A stretch of DNA of 48,714 bases from an uncultured bacterium (GTDB taxonomy: Bacteria; Chloroflexota; UBA5177; JANWHV01): positions 1-48,714 of the forward strand of contig CAWHAE010000021.1 in the NCBI GenBank assembly GCA_963827235.1, in the 5' to 3' direction. The position numbers were made by a program, and so were the translations under genes. Shown in pieces: positions 33,191 through 42,474 of the stretch (the first letter of the stretch is position 1; every line of letters starts with the position of its first letter). The notes beneath the pieces were generated by a model. It saw only the letters and a program-made list of their open reading frames with translations. It did not search any database and was not told where the DNA came from.

Positions 33191-34824
33191 CTACAGTCTT
33201 CTCGCAGCCAACGCCCGAGCTGGCCCTGCGCGGCATTTTGAGCAAGCTGCGCGAGGAAGCAGGAGCGACGTCGGCGACCGACGTGGCCCGCGCGCTCGAC
33301 GCGCTCGATGAGCGGCTTCGTTCCCGCCGCCTGCTGGTTGCCGTGGTGGGCGAGCACAATCGCGGCAAATCCACGCTGGTCAACAGCCTGATCGGCGAGG
33401 CATGGCTGCCCATGGGACAAGGCGCCCCGACGCTGCCGCCCGTGTACGTGTACAGCGGGTCACGAGAACACGTGGAGCTCGTGTATGCCGACGGCAACAG
33501 CGTCGAGTGCACCCGCTCGGATCTGCTCGCGCTCGAGACCGACGACGCCGAGAGCGTCAGCCACGCGCGCGTCGCCATCCCGAGCGACGATCTGCGCGGA
33601 CTCACGCTGGTCGATACGCCCGGTCTGAACGACCCCGACACGGCGCGGCTGGCGCAGACCGTCTATGGGCTGCTGCCGCAGAGCGACCTGGCCCTCCTGG
33701 TACTGGACAGCACGCAGGCCTTCGGCGCCAGCGAGCGAGAGCTTCTCACGCGGCGAATCGCGCAGGCCGGGCTGCATCGGCTCGTGGTCATCCTCAATCA
33801 CGATGACGCTCTCGACGACGAGGATCAACGCGCCGAAGTCCGAGCGCGCGTGCTGCGACTGTTCGCGGAGACTCTTGGCCGGGAACCCGACGTGCTGCCC
33901 TATGCTGCGCGGGTCGCTCTGCGAGCTCGGGAACGCGTCGACGACCGCCTGCTGGCGCGCTCGGGCTATCCAGAGCTCTGCAGGCTCCTCAGCGAGTACG
34001 CGGAAAAGCGCGCCGGCGTGCTCCGCCAGACCGTCGCCCGCAGGGCTGTGGACCTCGCACACGTGCTTCTCGGACTGCTCTCGGCTCCCGTGCCTCCTCC
34101 CGCGCCGGCCGTGGCAGACGACGGCCGCCGCCAGCAGGCTGAGAGCGCCTGCCGGGACGTCGAAGCCATCCGGGACGAGCTCAAGCTGCAGCTCCAGGAC
34201 TTCACGCTTGCATTGCGCGACCGCCTACCGGATGAGACCGCGGAAACGGCAATTGACGATATCCGCCGCTTCCTGCCGTTCTACATCCAACAGCAATTCG
34301 GCGGCTTCCTGCGCGAGCACGACGAGCCGGTGCGGGAACGGGTACAGGAGGTCGTGAAGAAGACGGGGGTTGCGGGATGGCAGACCCGGAGCTTACCGGC
34401 CAGCGCGCCGGCCCCCGGCCTCCATCCCTATGTCGAGCCGGACTTTCTCGAAGACAGCATCCTGCTGACCACCTTCATGACCGTGATCGGGCTTGCCATG
34501 AAGCCGATCGTGGCCGGCGCCATGATGACTATCGGCCCAATCCTGCGCATGCTCACGCGCGGGATGTACGATCAGACTACGAAGGGCGCACTGGTGCAGG
34601 CGGCAATGGCGGCGACGATGGAGGCAGGCCAGGCACTTGAGAGCCAGATCGAGGGCTCATTCGCAGAGCTTACCCGGGGCATCCGCGACGGCGGTCCGGA
34701 GCCCGCACGACCGGTGGCGATCGCGCTCGACGACTCGTCTCGCATCGCGGCGCGCGACCGCATCGCCGCGCTGATCGACGGGCTGGCGGGGCACGCTTCC
34801 GGGCCGGGCGACGGCCGGACATAG
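33187..34824 (+). CDS. Bacterial dynamin-like GTPase 1
   Basis: VVGEHNRGKSTLVNSLIG, LVDTPGLND, VILNHDD; C-terminal hydrophobic hairpin; the GTG start overlaps the M48 stop. Confidence 0.85.
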   Translation: MTTVFSQPTPELALRGILSKLREEAGATSATDVARALDALDERLRSRRLLVAVVGEHNRGKSTLVNSLIGEAWLPMGQGAPTLPPVYVYSGSREHVELVYADGNSVECTRSDLLALETDDAESVSHARVAIPSDDLRGLTLVDTPGLNDPDTARLAQTVYGLLPQSDLALLVLDSTQAFGASERELLTRRIAQAGLHRLVVILNHDDALDDEDQRAEVRARVLRLFAETLGREPDVLPYAARVALRARERVDDRLLARSGYPELCRLLSEYAEKRAGVLRQTVARRAVDLAHVLLGLLSAPVPPPAPAVADDGRRQQAESACRDVEAIRDELKLQLQDFTLALRDRLPDETAETAIDDIRRFLPFYIQQQFGGFLREHDEPVRERVQEVVKKTGVAGWQTRSLPASAPAPGLHPYVEPDFLEDSILLTTFMTVIGLAMKPIVAGAMMTIGPILRMLTRGMYDQTTKGALVQAAMAATMEAGQALESQIEGSFAELTRGIRDGGPEPARPVAIALDDSSRIAARDRIAALIDGLAGHASGPGDGRT

Positions 34825-34935
34825 AGTATCCCCTTGTGGTGGGTGGGACATGGCGGCGGAGCAGAGCTGCCGGAGCAGGACGAGTGTGAACCTACATCGA
34901 ATGACGGCGCAGACTACGCCGATGAGAGGACGAGG

Positions 34936-36900
34936 ATGACCGGACAGGTTGAGGGCTACCGGGACTTTGCGGCAGTACGAAGCGAAGTCGTCTCGGAGCT
35001 GCGAGAACTAGCCACGTTCAACCGTGGCCTGGGCATGGAGGACGGTGCCCTCCAGCTGCAGGAGCTCGCCGACCGCGTGCAGGCCGGCGTCTTCCGCGTG
35101 CTGGTCCTGGGCGAATTCAAGCGCGGCAAATCCACGCTGATCAACGCCCTGCTCGGCGCCAATCTACTGCCGGCCAACGTCACGCCGACTACCGCGCTGC
35201 TCACCCTGATCAAGTACGGGCCGGAGGTCACCATCGATCTCATCCCGTTCCGCGGGGAACCCGAGCGGGTCAGCGTGGAGCAGCTCGCGCAGACGCTCAG
35301 CCTGTCGACCGATGAAGAGGAGAATCACCGGCGCCAGGCTACCTACAAGATCGTCGAGGTGCATTATCCCTCGCCGCTCTGCGAGAACAACGTGGAGATC
35401 GTCGACTCGCCCGGCCTGAACGAATCAGCCATTCGCACGGAGATCACGAGCGGCTACGTTCGCCAGTCGGACGCGGCAATATTCGTGCTGTCGGCTACGA
35501 ACTTCGCCAGCCTGACGGAGCTCGAATATCTCAACACGCACATCCTGGGCAAGGGCCTGACCCACATCTTCTTCGCCATCAACCAGTACGACCGCGTGCT
35601 CGACGACGCCGACGATCCGGCGCGCGAGGCGCGCGACCTGACCGCCCTGGCCGAGCAACGCCTAGGCCCGCTGACTCGCGTCAACGGGCGTGACTACGGG
35701 CGCGAGCGCATCTACTTCGTCAGCGCCAAGCCCGCGCTCCGCGCCCGTCTTGCCGCCGACAGCCACGGCCTGGAGCAATCGCGCTTGCCCGCGCTGGAAG
35801 GGTCACTCGAGCGCTTTCTGGCTCGCGAGCGCGGGCGGGTGGCGCTGGAACGTCCCCTGGCCCAGGCCGCGCAGGCCGTCGGTGATGCTCGCGACGCCCT
35901 GGCATTCCGCCGCTCGACCATGGAGATCGACCTTGCCACGCTCGAGAACCGGGTCAAGGAGGTGCAGCCCAAGTTCGATCAGCTGCAGGAGCATCGCCGG
36001 CGAATCCTCCGCACCATAGAGTCGTCGGAGCAGCTCGTGCAGAAGTCGGTCGAGCTGAGCTTCAGGCAGCGCGTGGCCACCATGGAAGACGGCATGCTGG
36101 AAGCGGCAATGGCCCTCAAAGTCTCGCCGCAGTGGAATCCCCAGCGGCTCCGCAAAGAGATGGCGGAGGGCATCAATAAGTACATCGAGCGCGAGCTGCA
36201 GACCTGGTCGGATCAGACCGGCCACGACATCGAGGAGCGGCTCACACAGCTCACGCAGGACATAGGCGAGGACGCCGCCAGCATCGATGCTACGCTCAAG
36301 CGCATACGAATCCAGGTGGCAGGCGGCGTGCTGCCGGAAATCGACGAGGTCGCGGGAGATTCGCGACGCGTGCTGGAGACCATCCTGGCCTACGGCGGCG
36401 GCATGCTGGGCGACTTCGGCGTGGTCTTGAAAGGCGGCAGCGGCTGGCTGCAGAGTGCGTTGCGCGTCATTGCCCTGCAGATCGCGGCCACCGTGCTCCT
36501 TGCCGCCATCGGCTGGGCTACCAGCCCGCTCTTCGTGGTCGGCACCGTGGCCAGCGCCGTGACCATCGGCATCATCAATCGCCGCAACACCATGGAACGC
36601 AACATGAAAGAGAAGATTGCCGAGACGGCCCGCGGCGAGCTGCACAAGCTGCCGGCCAAGGCACTCCCCAACATGTTGCAGGAGGTGCACAAGTCGTTCG
36701 AGGCCTTCTCGACCTCGATTGCCCGCGGCATCGACGTGATGATCGCCAACGTGCGCGACAGCATCGACGCGGCAATCGCCGATCGGCGCCGCCTGGAGGG
36801 TGAGCAGGCCCCGGAGCTGGAGCGTCTGTCCGGTATCGAGCGCGGGCTCGATGAGCTCGAACAGCGCATGGCCGCCAGCCGCGCGCGCTTCGGCGACTGA
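34936..36900 (+). CDS. Bacterial dynamin-like GTPase 2
   Basis: VLGEFKRGKSTLINALLG, LPANVTPTTA, IVDSPGLNE, FVSAK; helical stalk and a hydrophobic hairpin. Confidence 0.92.
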   Translation: MTGQVEGYRDFAAVRSEVVSELRELATFNRGLGMEDGALQLQELADRVQAGVFRVLVLGEFKRGKSTLINALLGANLLPANVTPTTALLTLIKYGPEVTIDLIPFRGEPERVSVEQLAQTLSLSTDEEENHRRQATYKIVEVHYPSPLCENNVEIVDSPGLNESAIRTEITSGYVRQSDAAIFVLSATNFASLTELEYLNTHILGKGLTHIFFAINQYDRVLDDADDPAREARDLTALAEQRLGPLTRVNGRDYGRERIYFVSAKPALRARLAADSHGLEQSRLPALEGSLERFLARERGRVALERPLAQAAQAVGDARDALAFRRSTMEIDLATLENRVKEVQPKFDQLQEHRRRILRTIESSEQLVQKSVELSFRQRVATMEDGMLEAAMALKVSPQWNPQRLRKEMAEGINKYIERELQTWSDQTGHDIEERLTQLTQDIGEDAASIDATLKRIRIQVAGGVLPEIDEVAGDSRRVLETILAYGGGMLGDFGVVLKGGSGWLQSALRVIALQIAATVLLAAIGWATSPLFVVGTVASAVTIGIINRRNTMERNMKEKIAETARGELHKLPAKALPNMLQEVHKSFEAFSTSIARGIDVMIANVRDSIDAAIADRRRLEGEQAPELERLSGIERGLDELEQRMAASRARFGD

Positions 36901-36976
36901 GGCCACCCGCGCCTGCTGCTCGCGTGGCGTGCCGGTGCACCAGGAATGCCGGCATCGCCGGCGACGGCTCTGCCCG

Positions 36977-38209
36977 CTATCCGCGGGACCGCACGTCAGA
37001 GTCCCCGGCGCGGCATCGTGCTGCGCCACGGGACGGCGGAGCGACCCGCCATAGCAACACAAGCGCCGCGAGCATGGCAATCGCGGCAAAGTGCAGGCGG
37101 ATGTACACCACGAGGGTCGGTGCCACGTACAGCGCAACCGTCACGGGCACGACCCAGCGGTCGAGCTCCTCCCGGCCGCTGGGTCGCTGCACAAACGAGC
37201 AAAGCACCGCGATGGGCACGAGCAGAAGGACCAGATCGTCGGTGTGCGCGTAGGGCGCCGCCAGGAGATCCACCAGGACCACTGCCGCCCAGCCGCACGC
37301 GAACTGAGCGCTCGACGGCTGCCAGGCACCGCGCCAGGAGCGCGCCAGTGCGACAACGAGCAGGCCGCTCAGCAGATAGGCCGCGCCACCGGCGACGGCA
37401 CTGCCGGGCCATGCCTGCAGGAACATGGCGTGGAGACCGGGGATATCGCGCACCCAGAGACTCAAGGAGCCCGCGCCACTATCGGTGCTGCGCAGAGTTC
37501 TGAAGAACCCGAGGAACGTGTCCGTGCCCAACACGGGTAGCGAGATCAGCATCGCCGTGCAGCCAAGCGCAGTAAACGCCGCTGCCGCTCTCCACCGCCG
37601 CTTATAGAGCAGAAGGGGCAGGGTGAGAAAGGCGAGCTGAGGCTTGACCAGCGCACCGGCGCAGAGGGAGCCGCCGCCGAGCACATCCTTGTCCCGTGTG
37701 AAACACCAGATGGCCGCCGCGTAGCTCAGCACGACAGGCGCAGTGGAGTTGCTGGAGGTCGGAATCAACAGCATCGTGGGCGTGGACAGAGCGATCAGTG
37801 CCCCGCCCTGGGCCACCGCGCCGGCGCCGAGCCGTATGCGCAGCGCGTCGCACATGATGTAGCCGGCCGCAAGCAGCATGAGCAGCGACGCCGCGCACCA
37901 GATGACCCTGGACGGCATGTAGCCGAGCGGCAGGGCAAGGCGAGCCAGCAGCAGAAAGGAGGGAGGATTGAGGAATTGGCCGACACCGAAATAGGGATCG
38001 CCCCCGTGCAGCGACCGCTCGGCCGCCTGGTAGTACACGAGCCAGTCCGAATCGTGGAAGCCATGGTTGACGCGATTCCAGGTGCGCAGAATCGACAGGT
38101 CGATCAGGGCCGACGACGCGACGAGGGCAGCGCCCAGCATGCCCAACCCGGCAAGCCGGACAGGCCGCGCGGCATCGGCACTTCGTGGTGATGCGGAGTC
38201 TGTGACCAT
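36977..38209 (-). CDS. GT87/DUF2029 membrane glycosyltransferase (GT-C fold)
   Basis: DWLVYYQAA...GGDPY...FLNPP, LVKPQLA, PYAHTDDLVLL; polytopic. Confidence 0.85.
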   Translation of the reverse strand: MVTDSASPRSADAARPVRLAGLGMLGAALVASSALIDLSILRTWNRVNHGFHDSDWLVYYQAAERSLHGGDPYFGVGQFLNPPSFLLLARLALPLGYMPSRVIWCAASLLMLLAAGYIMCDALRIRLGAGAVAQGGALIALSTPTMLLIPTSSNSTAPVVLSYAAAIWCFTRDKDVLGGGSLCAGALVKPQLAFLTLPLLLYKRRWRAAAAFTALGCTAMLISLPVLGTDTFLGFFRTLRSTDSGAGSLSLWVRDIPGLHAMFLQAWPGSAVAGGAAYLLSGLLVVALARSWRGAWQPSSAQFACGWAAVVLVDLLAAPYAHTDDLVLLLVPIAVLCSFVQRPSGREELDRWVVPVTVALYVAPTLVVYIRLHFAAIAMLAALVLLWRVAPPSRGAARCRAGDSDVRSRG

Positions 38210-38518
38210 CCCGGCTCTCAGTCTGAAGGGCCTCCGGTCGCCGCGCAAGTCCCCAAAGAGCACATCGATAGATGCTGAACAGGCCCCTGCCTTCCTCTGT
38301 GCGCCGATAGACCTCGACACGCTGGTACTCCGTGGCGACGAGCACGAATTCCTGCAGGGACGGGCAGCGCCGATAATCGTCCCACTTGCGGCACCGATGG
38401 TACTGGTCGACAGGGGCACGGTATCGCTGTATCTTTTGGTTGCACCGTGGCGTCGATGCGTACCGGCGGGCCGGTGCCCGGCAACCGCGGTCCGCGTTCT
38501 ATCGGCGGGAGAAGTGCG

Positions 38519-39307
38519 ATGAAGGGCATAGTGCTGGCCGGCGGACGAGCAACGCGACTCCGCCCGCTCACGAAGATCACGTCCAAGCAGCTGCTCCCCG
38601 TGTACGACAGGCCGATGATCTACTACCCCATCGACACCCTGCAGCGCATGGGTATTCGCGACATACTGATCATCATCGCGCCCGAGTACTCGGGGCACTT
38701 TCTCAACTTGCTCGGCTCGGGCAAGGACTTCGGCCTGAGATTCACCTACGAGATCCAGGAGGAGCCGCGCGGCTTGGCCGACGCGTTCTTGATCGGCGAG
38801 CAGTTCATCGCCGGCGACGACGTGACGCTGATCCTGGGAGACAACATCTTCGATGAGGACTTCTCTTCCATCGTGGACGGCTTCCAGTCCGGTGCGACTA
38901 TTTTCGGCAAGGAGGTCCCGGACCCACAGCGCTACGGCGTCGTGGAGCTCGATCGGGAAGACAACGTGCTGTCCATCGCCGAGAAGCCTCAGCAGCCCAA
39001 GAGCAATGTGGCGATGGTCGGCCTCTACGTTTGCGACAACCGGGCCAGCGACTTCGCTCGGCGCGTGCGCCCATCCGTACGCGGTGAGCTGGAGATTGCC
39101 GACGTTATGAGCCAGTACCGCGATCTGGGACAGCTGCGCCTGCAACGCGTAGACGGCGTCTGGGAAGATGCAGGAACCTTTGAGAGCCTCTTGCGCATAA
39201 GCAACTACATGGCCGAGAAGCGCCGCAGTGCGAACGGAAATGACGATGGACGTGTCACAGCTCTTGCCGGAAGCGCGCGACCGCTTTCAGGTGCAGTCGT
39301 ACGCTAA
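38519..39307 (+). CDS. rfbA: Glucose-1-phosphate thymidylyltransferase
   Basis: MKGIVLAGGRATRLRPLT, SKQLLPVYD, LILGDN, RGELEI, WEDAGT. Confidence 0.93.
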   Translation: MKGIVLAGGRATRLRPLTKITSKQLLPVYDRPMIYYPIDTLQRMGIRDILIIIAPEYSGHFLNLLGSGKDFGLRFTYEIQEEPRGLADAFLIGEQFIAGDDVTLILGDNIFDEDFSSIVDGFQSGATIFGKEVPDPQRYGVVELDREDNVLSIAEKPQQPKSNVAMVGLYVCDNRASDFARRVRPSVRGELEIADVMSQYRDLGQLRLQRVDGVWEDAGTFESLLRISNYMAEKRRSANGNDDGRVTALAGSARPLSGAVVR

Positions 39308-39785
39308 AGGACCGGCTATCGATGGCGTCTCGCTGATCGATCTCCGCTGCTTTGTGGACGATGGTGGATACTTCCTCGAGTTGTCGCGGCTGGCTGCGGG
39401 AATGTCGCAGCACTTCGCCGGCTTCGAGGCCAAGCAGGTCAACTATTCGCAGGTGCTGCCCGGCACCGTCAAGGCCTTTCACCTGCACCTGCACCAGGAA
39501 GACGTGTGGTTCGTGGCACCGCATGAGCGGCTGCTCGTCGTGCTCTCCGACCAGCGGAGCGACTCACCATCGTCCGGGGTAGCAATGCGGATGGTACTGG
39601 GTGGGGGTAGGGCGCAGTTGCTGTACGTCCCGCGTGGAGTGGCGCACGGGGCGGCGAACCCCTGGACGGTGCCTGCCTCGATCATCTATTTCGTCAACCA
39701 GCAGTTCTGCGCGGAGCAGCCGGACGAGGGCCGTCTGCCCTGGGATTTCCTGGGGACGGCAATATGGGACGTGGCAAAGGGGTAA
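39240..39785 (+). CDS. rfbC: dTDP-4-dehydrorhamnose 3,5-epimerase family
   Basis: DDGGYFLE, QVNYS, VKAFHLH, LYVPRGVAHG; position in the rml operon. Confidence 0.85.
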   Translation: MTMDVSQLLPEARDRFQVQSYAKGPAIDGVSLIDLRCFVDDGGYFLELSRLAAGMSQHFAGFEAKQVNYSQVLPGTVKAFHLHLHQEDVWFVAPHERLLVVLSDQRSDSPSSGVAMRMVLGGGRAQLLYVPRGVAHGAANPWTVPASIIYFVNQQFCAEQPDEGRLPWDFLGTAIWDVAKG

Positions 39786-39786
39786 C

Positions 39787-40779
39787 GTGAGACTGCTCGT
39801 AACCGGCGGGGCCGGGTTCATCGGCTCCAATTTCGTGCGCTACTGGCTTGCCCACCATCCGGCGGACGAGGTGGTCAACCTGGACAAGCTCACCTATGCC
39901 GGCAACCTGGCGAGCCTGCAGGATGTCTCCGGCGATCCTCGCTACACCTTCGTCCAGGGCGACATATGCGACGGCGCCGTCGTGGACGCCGTCATGGAGC
40001 ACGCCGACGTCGTGGTGCACTTCGCCGCTGAGTCGCACGTCGATCGGTCGATCGCCAATCCGGCCCAGTTCGTGCAGACCAACGTGCTGGGCACGGGCGT
40101 CCTGCTCGACGGGGCGCTGCGGCACGGACTGAAAAGATTCCACCATGTATCGACCGACGAAGTGTTCGGTGCCCTCTCGCTGGAAAGCGCGGACAAGTTC
40201 AGGCCCGACACTGCCTACGCCCCGCGCAGCCCGTACGCGGCCAGTAAGGCGGGCTCGGACCATCTGGTGCGGGCTTATCACGTCACCTACGGCCTGCCGG
40301 TGAGTATCACCAATTGCTCCAACAATTTCGGCCCCTACCAGTATCCCGAGAAATACATTGCCATGGCGATCACCAACCTGCTGGAGGACCGGAAGATTCC
40401 CGTGTACGGCGACGGTCGTTACGTGCGTGACTGGCTGTACGTCGAGGATCATTGCCGCGCTATCGAGGCGGTACTGGAGCGAGGCCGCGTGGGGGCAACG
40501 TACCTCGTCGGCGGCATGACCGAGCTCTACTCGAACCTTGAGGTTGCCAGAAAGCTTCTGGCACTGCTCGGCAAGGACGAGAGCTACATCGAGCACGTGA
40601 AAGATCGTCCCGGCCACGATCGGCGCTACGACGTGGACTGGACGAAGACCGAGGCCGAGCTGGGCTGGAAGCCGCGGCATGCCTTCGACGACTGGTTGGC
40701 TCGCACCGTCGAGTGGTATGAAACGCACCCGGCCTGGTGGAAGCCCCTCAAGCCCGGAGCCGGCGCGGGACTCCATTGA
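39787..40779 (+). CDS. rfbB: dTDP-glucose 4,6-dehydratase
   Basis: LVTGGAGFIGSN, DKLTYAGN, HFAAESHVDRSI, VSTDEV, PYAASKA, DRPGHDRRY. Confidence 0.96.
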   Translation: MRLLVTGGAGFIGSNFVRYWLAHHPADEVVNLDKLTYAGNLASLQDVSGDPRYTFVQGDICDGAVVDAVMEHADVVVHFAAESHVDRSIANPAQFVQTNVLGTGVLLDGALRHGLKRFHHVSTDEVFGALSLESADKFRPDTAYAPRSPYAASKAGSDHLVRAYHVTYGLPVSITNCSNNFGPYQYPEKYIAMAITNLLEDRKIPVYGDGRYVRDWLYVEDHCRAIEAVLERGRVGATYLVGGMTELYSNLEVARKLLALLGKDESYIEHVKDRPGHDRRYDVDWTKTEAELGWKPRHAFDDWLARTVEWYETHPAWWKPLKPGAGAGLH

Positions 40780-40815
40780 CAGCGGCCTCCTTCTAGGGTC
40801 TTCGCCGAAATCCAC

Positions 40816-40856
40816 TGGACAACGGCCATGGAATACGGGAGAATACTCAAGAGTAC
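40816..40856 (+). promoter_or_regulatory. Toxin-antitoxin promoter/operator
   Basis: TGGACA-17-GAGAAT; GAATAC/GAATAC/GAGTAC repeats with a 10-bp period (40831, 40841, 40851); palindrome TACTC-AA-GAGTA (40844-40855). Confidence 0.6.
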
Positions 40857-40869
40857 AGGAGGACTCGCT

Positions 40870-41163
40870 ATGTCGACCGTCGCGACAACCATCCGCATTC
40901 CCGATCATCTGCAGGAACGCTACGACAAGCTTGCCAAGGCAACCGGAAGGACACGGAACTACCTGATGGCCGAGGCACTGGAGCTCTTCATCACGCGCGA
41001 AGAGTGGCAACTGAGCGAGACGCTGGCCACCCTCGCCAAACTGGAGGCAGGAGCACTGCCGCTGATACCGGCCGAGGAGCTGATGGCTCGCTATCTCGCG
41101 GAGGGCAAAGTGACGCGGGAAGGGCTGGATGCGGCTGCCAGGCACTACGGCGATGAGGCCTAA
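40870..41163 (+). CDS. CopG/ribbon-helix-helix antitoxin
   Basis: TTIRIPDHLQERYDKLAKATGRTRNYLMAEAL; AGGAGG RBS; TAATG overlap with the toxin. Confidence 0.88.
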   Translation: MSTVATTIRIPDHLQERYDKLAKATGRTRNYLMAEALELFITREEWQLSETLATLAKLEAGALPLIPAEELMARYLAEGKVTREGLDAAARHYGDEA

Positions 41164-41435
41164 TGCGTCTCGCCTACAGTGCCGACGCGGCCAGAGACCT
41201 TGACCAGATCTGGGTCTTCCTGGCCCCGCGAAGCACGGGCGAGGCGCAGCATGTGCTTGAAGCCATTCAGGCCGCCGCACAACGATTGCAGCGCTTCCCC
41301 GAGCTGGGCCGTCCGGGACAAGATGTTCGCACGCGCGAGCTCGTACTACCCGATTATCCGTATCTCCTCGTCTATAGGGTCGAGGGTGTGACGTTGATCA
41401 TCCTGCGCGTCTACCACACTGCGCGGGACCGCTAG
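41163..41435 (+). CDS. RelE/ParE family type II toxin
   Basis: YSADAARDLDQI, FPELGRPG, TRELV, YLLVYRV, ILRVYHTARD. Confidence 0.92.
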   Translation: MRLAYSADAARDLDQIWVFLAPRSTGEAQHVLEAIQAAAQRLQRFPELGRPGQDVRTRELVLPDYPYLLVYRVEGVTLIILRVYHTARDR

Positions 41436-41450
41436 AAATGGAGCACGTCG

Positions 41451-42368
41451 ATGCCAGGCCCGACGGAAAGCGCGAGCACAAGACGGATCGTGATCATCGG
41501 CAGCAACGGCCAGCTGGGCAGCGATCTCGTCGCGCTGTGCGGCGAACGCGATCTGCCCTGCACGCGGCTCACGCACGCCGACCTGGACATTGCCGATGCG
41601 GCGAGCCTGGAGCGCGCCCTTGGGGGGTTGCAGGCACCGATCGTGATAAGCACCGCCTCCTGCCACGGAACGCGCGTGGACCCAGCAGCCAATCCGGAGG
41701 TCTATTATCGGGTCAACGTGCTGGGTGCCGGTAACCTGGCCCGGTGGTGCCGAGCAAACAGCGCCGTGCTCGTGCACTACAGCACCGACTATGTGTTTGG
41801 CCTGGAGACCAGCCGCGACGAGCCGTACACCGAGGAGGACGCCCCCTGCCCGGTCAACGTCTATGGCCGCTCCAAGCTGGATGGCGAGCAGGCGGTGCTG
41901 GCGGAGTGCAATACGTCCTACGTGATTCGCGTGGCCGGGCTCTATGGACGGGTGGGCAGCCGGGCCAAGAGCGGCGCCAACTTCGTGCACACCATGCTCG
42001 ACAAGGCTCGAAAGGGCGAGACCCTGCGCGTCACCACGGACCAGCTCATGAGCCCCACCTGGACGCGGCCGGTGGCCGTCAAGACGCTGGAGCTGGTGCA
42101 AGCAGGTGCCGCCTTCGGCCTCTATCACATGGCGGGAAGCGGCTCATGCACGTGGCACGCATTCGCCGCGGAGATCCTGCGCCTGGCCGGGCTGCACGCG
42201 CCGATCGAGCGCGCCCCGGACCCTCCGCGCAATCTCGGCTCCCCGGTTGCGCGTCCGGCCTACACCGCCCTCGACAACGCCCGCCTGCGCCTAGCCGGCC
42301 TGCGCGATCTCCCGCCCTGGCAAGAGGCGCTTGCCGAGTATATGCAGCGGGATGGTAGGGACATGTAG
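41451..42368 (+). CDS. rfbD: dTDP-4-dehydrorhamnose reductase
   Basis: IGSNGQLG, HYSTDYVF, PVNVYGRSKLDGE, DQLMSPT. Confidence 0.92.
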   Translation: MPGPTESASTRRIVIIGSNGQLGSDLVALCGERDLPCTRLTHADLDIADAASLERALGGLQAPIVISTASCHGTRVDPAANPEVYYRVNVLGAGNLARWCRANSAVLVHYSTDYVFGLETSRDEPYTEEDAPCPVNVYGRSKLDGEQAVLAECNTSYVIRVAGLYGRVGSRAKSGANFVHTMLDKARKGETLRVTTDQLMSPTWTRPVAVKTLELVQAGAAFGLYHMAGSGSCTWHAFAAEILRLAGLHAPIERAPDPPRNLGSPVARPAYTALDNARLRLAGLRDLPPWQEALAEYMQRDGRDM

Positions 42369-42474
42369 CGTCGGCAGGGGACTGACGCTCAGGTCGACGC
42401 TCACGACATGCGACCGTGTCCCGACGCAACAGTGACTCGGAGACCGGACCATCCAATCTGCGGCCTTCGACAGA

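Noticed and set aside
36977-39145. 722-aa minus-strand ORF as one protein
   Set aside because: Its N-terminal part is the antisense shadow of rfbA and the intergenic gap; the GT87 protein starts near 38209.
40776-40800. TTGACA overlapping the rfbB stop as the TA promoter
   Set aside because: No -10 element at 16-18 nt spacing; TGGACA-17-GAGAAT downstream fits better.
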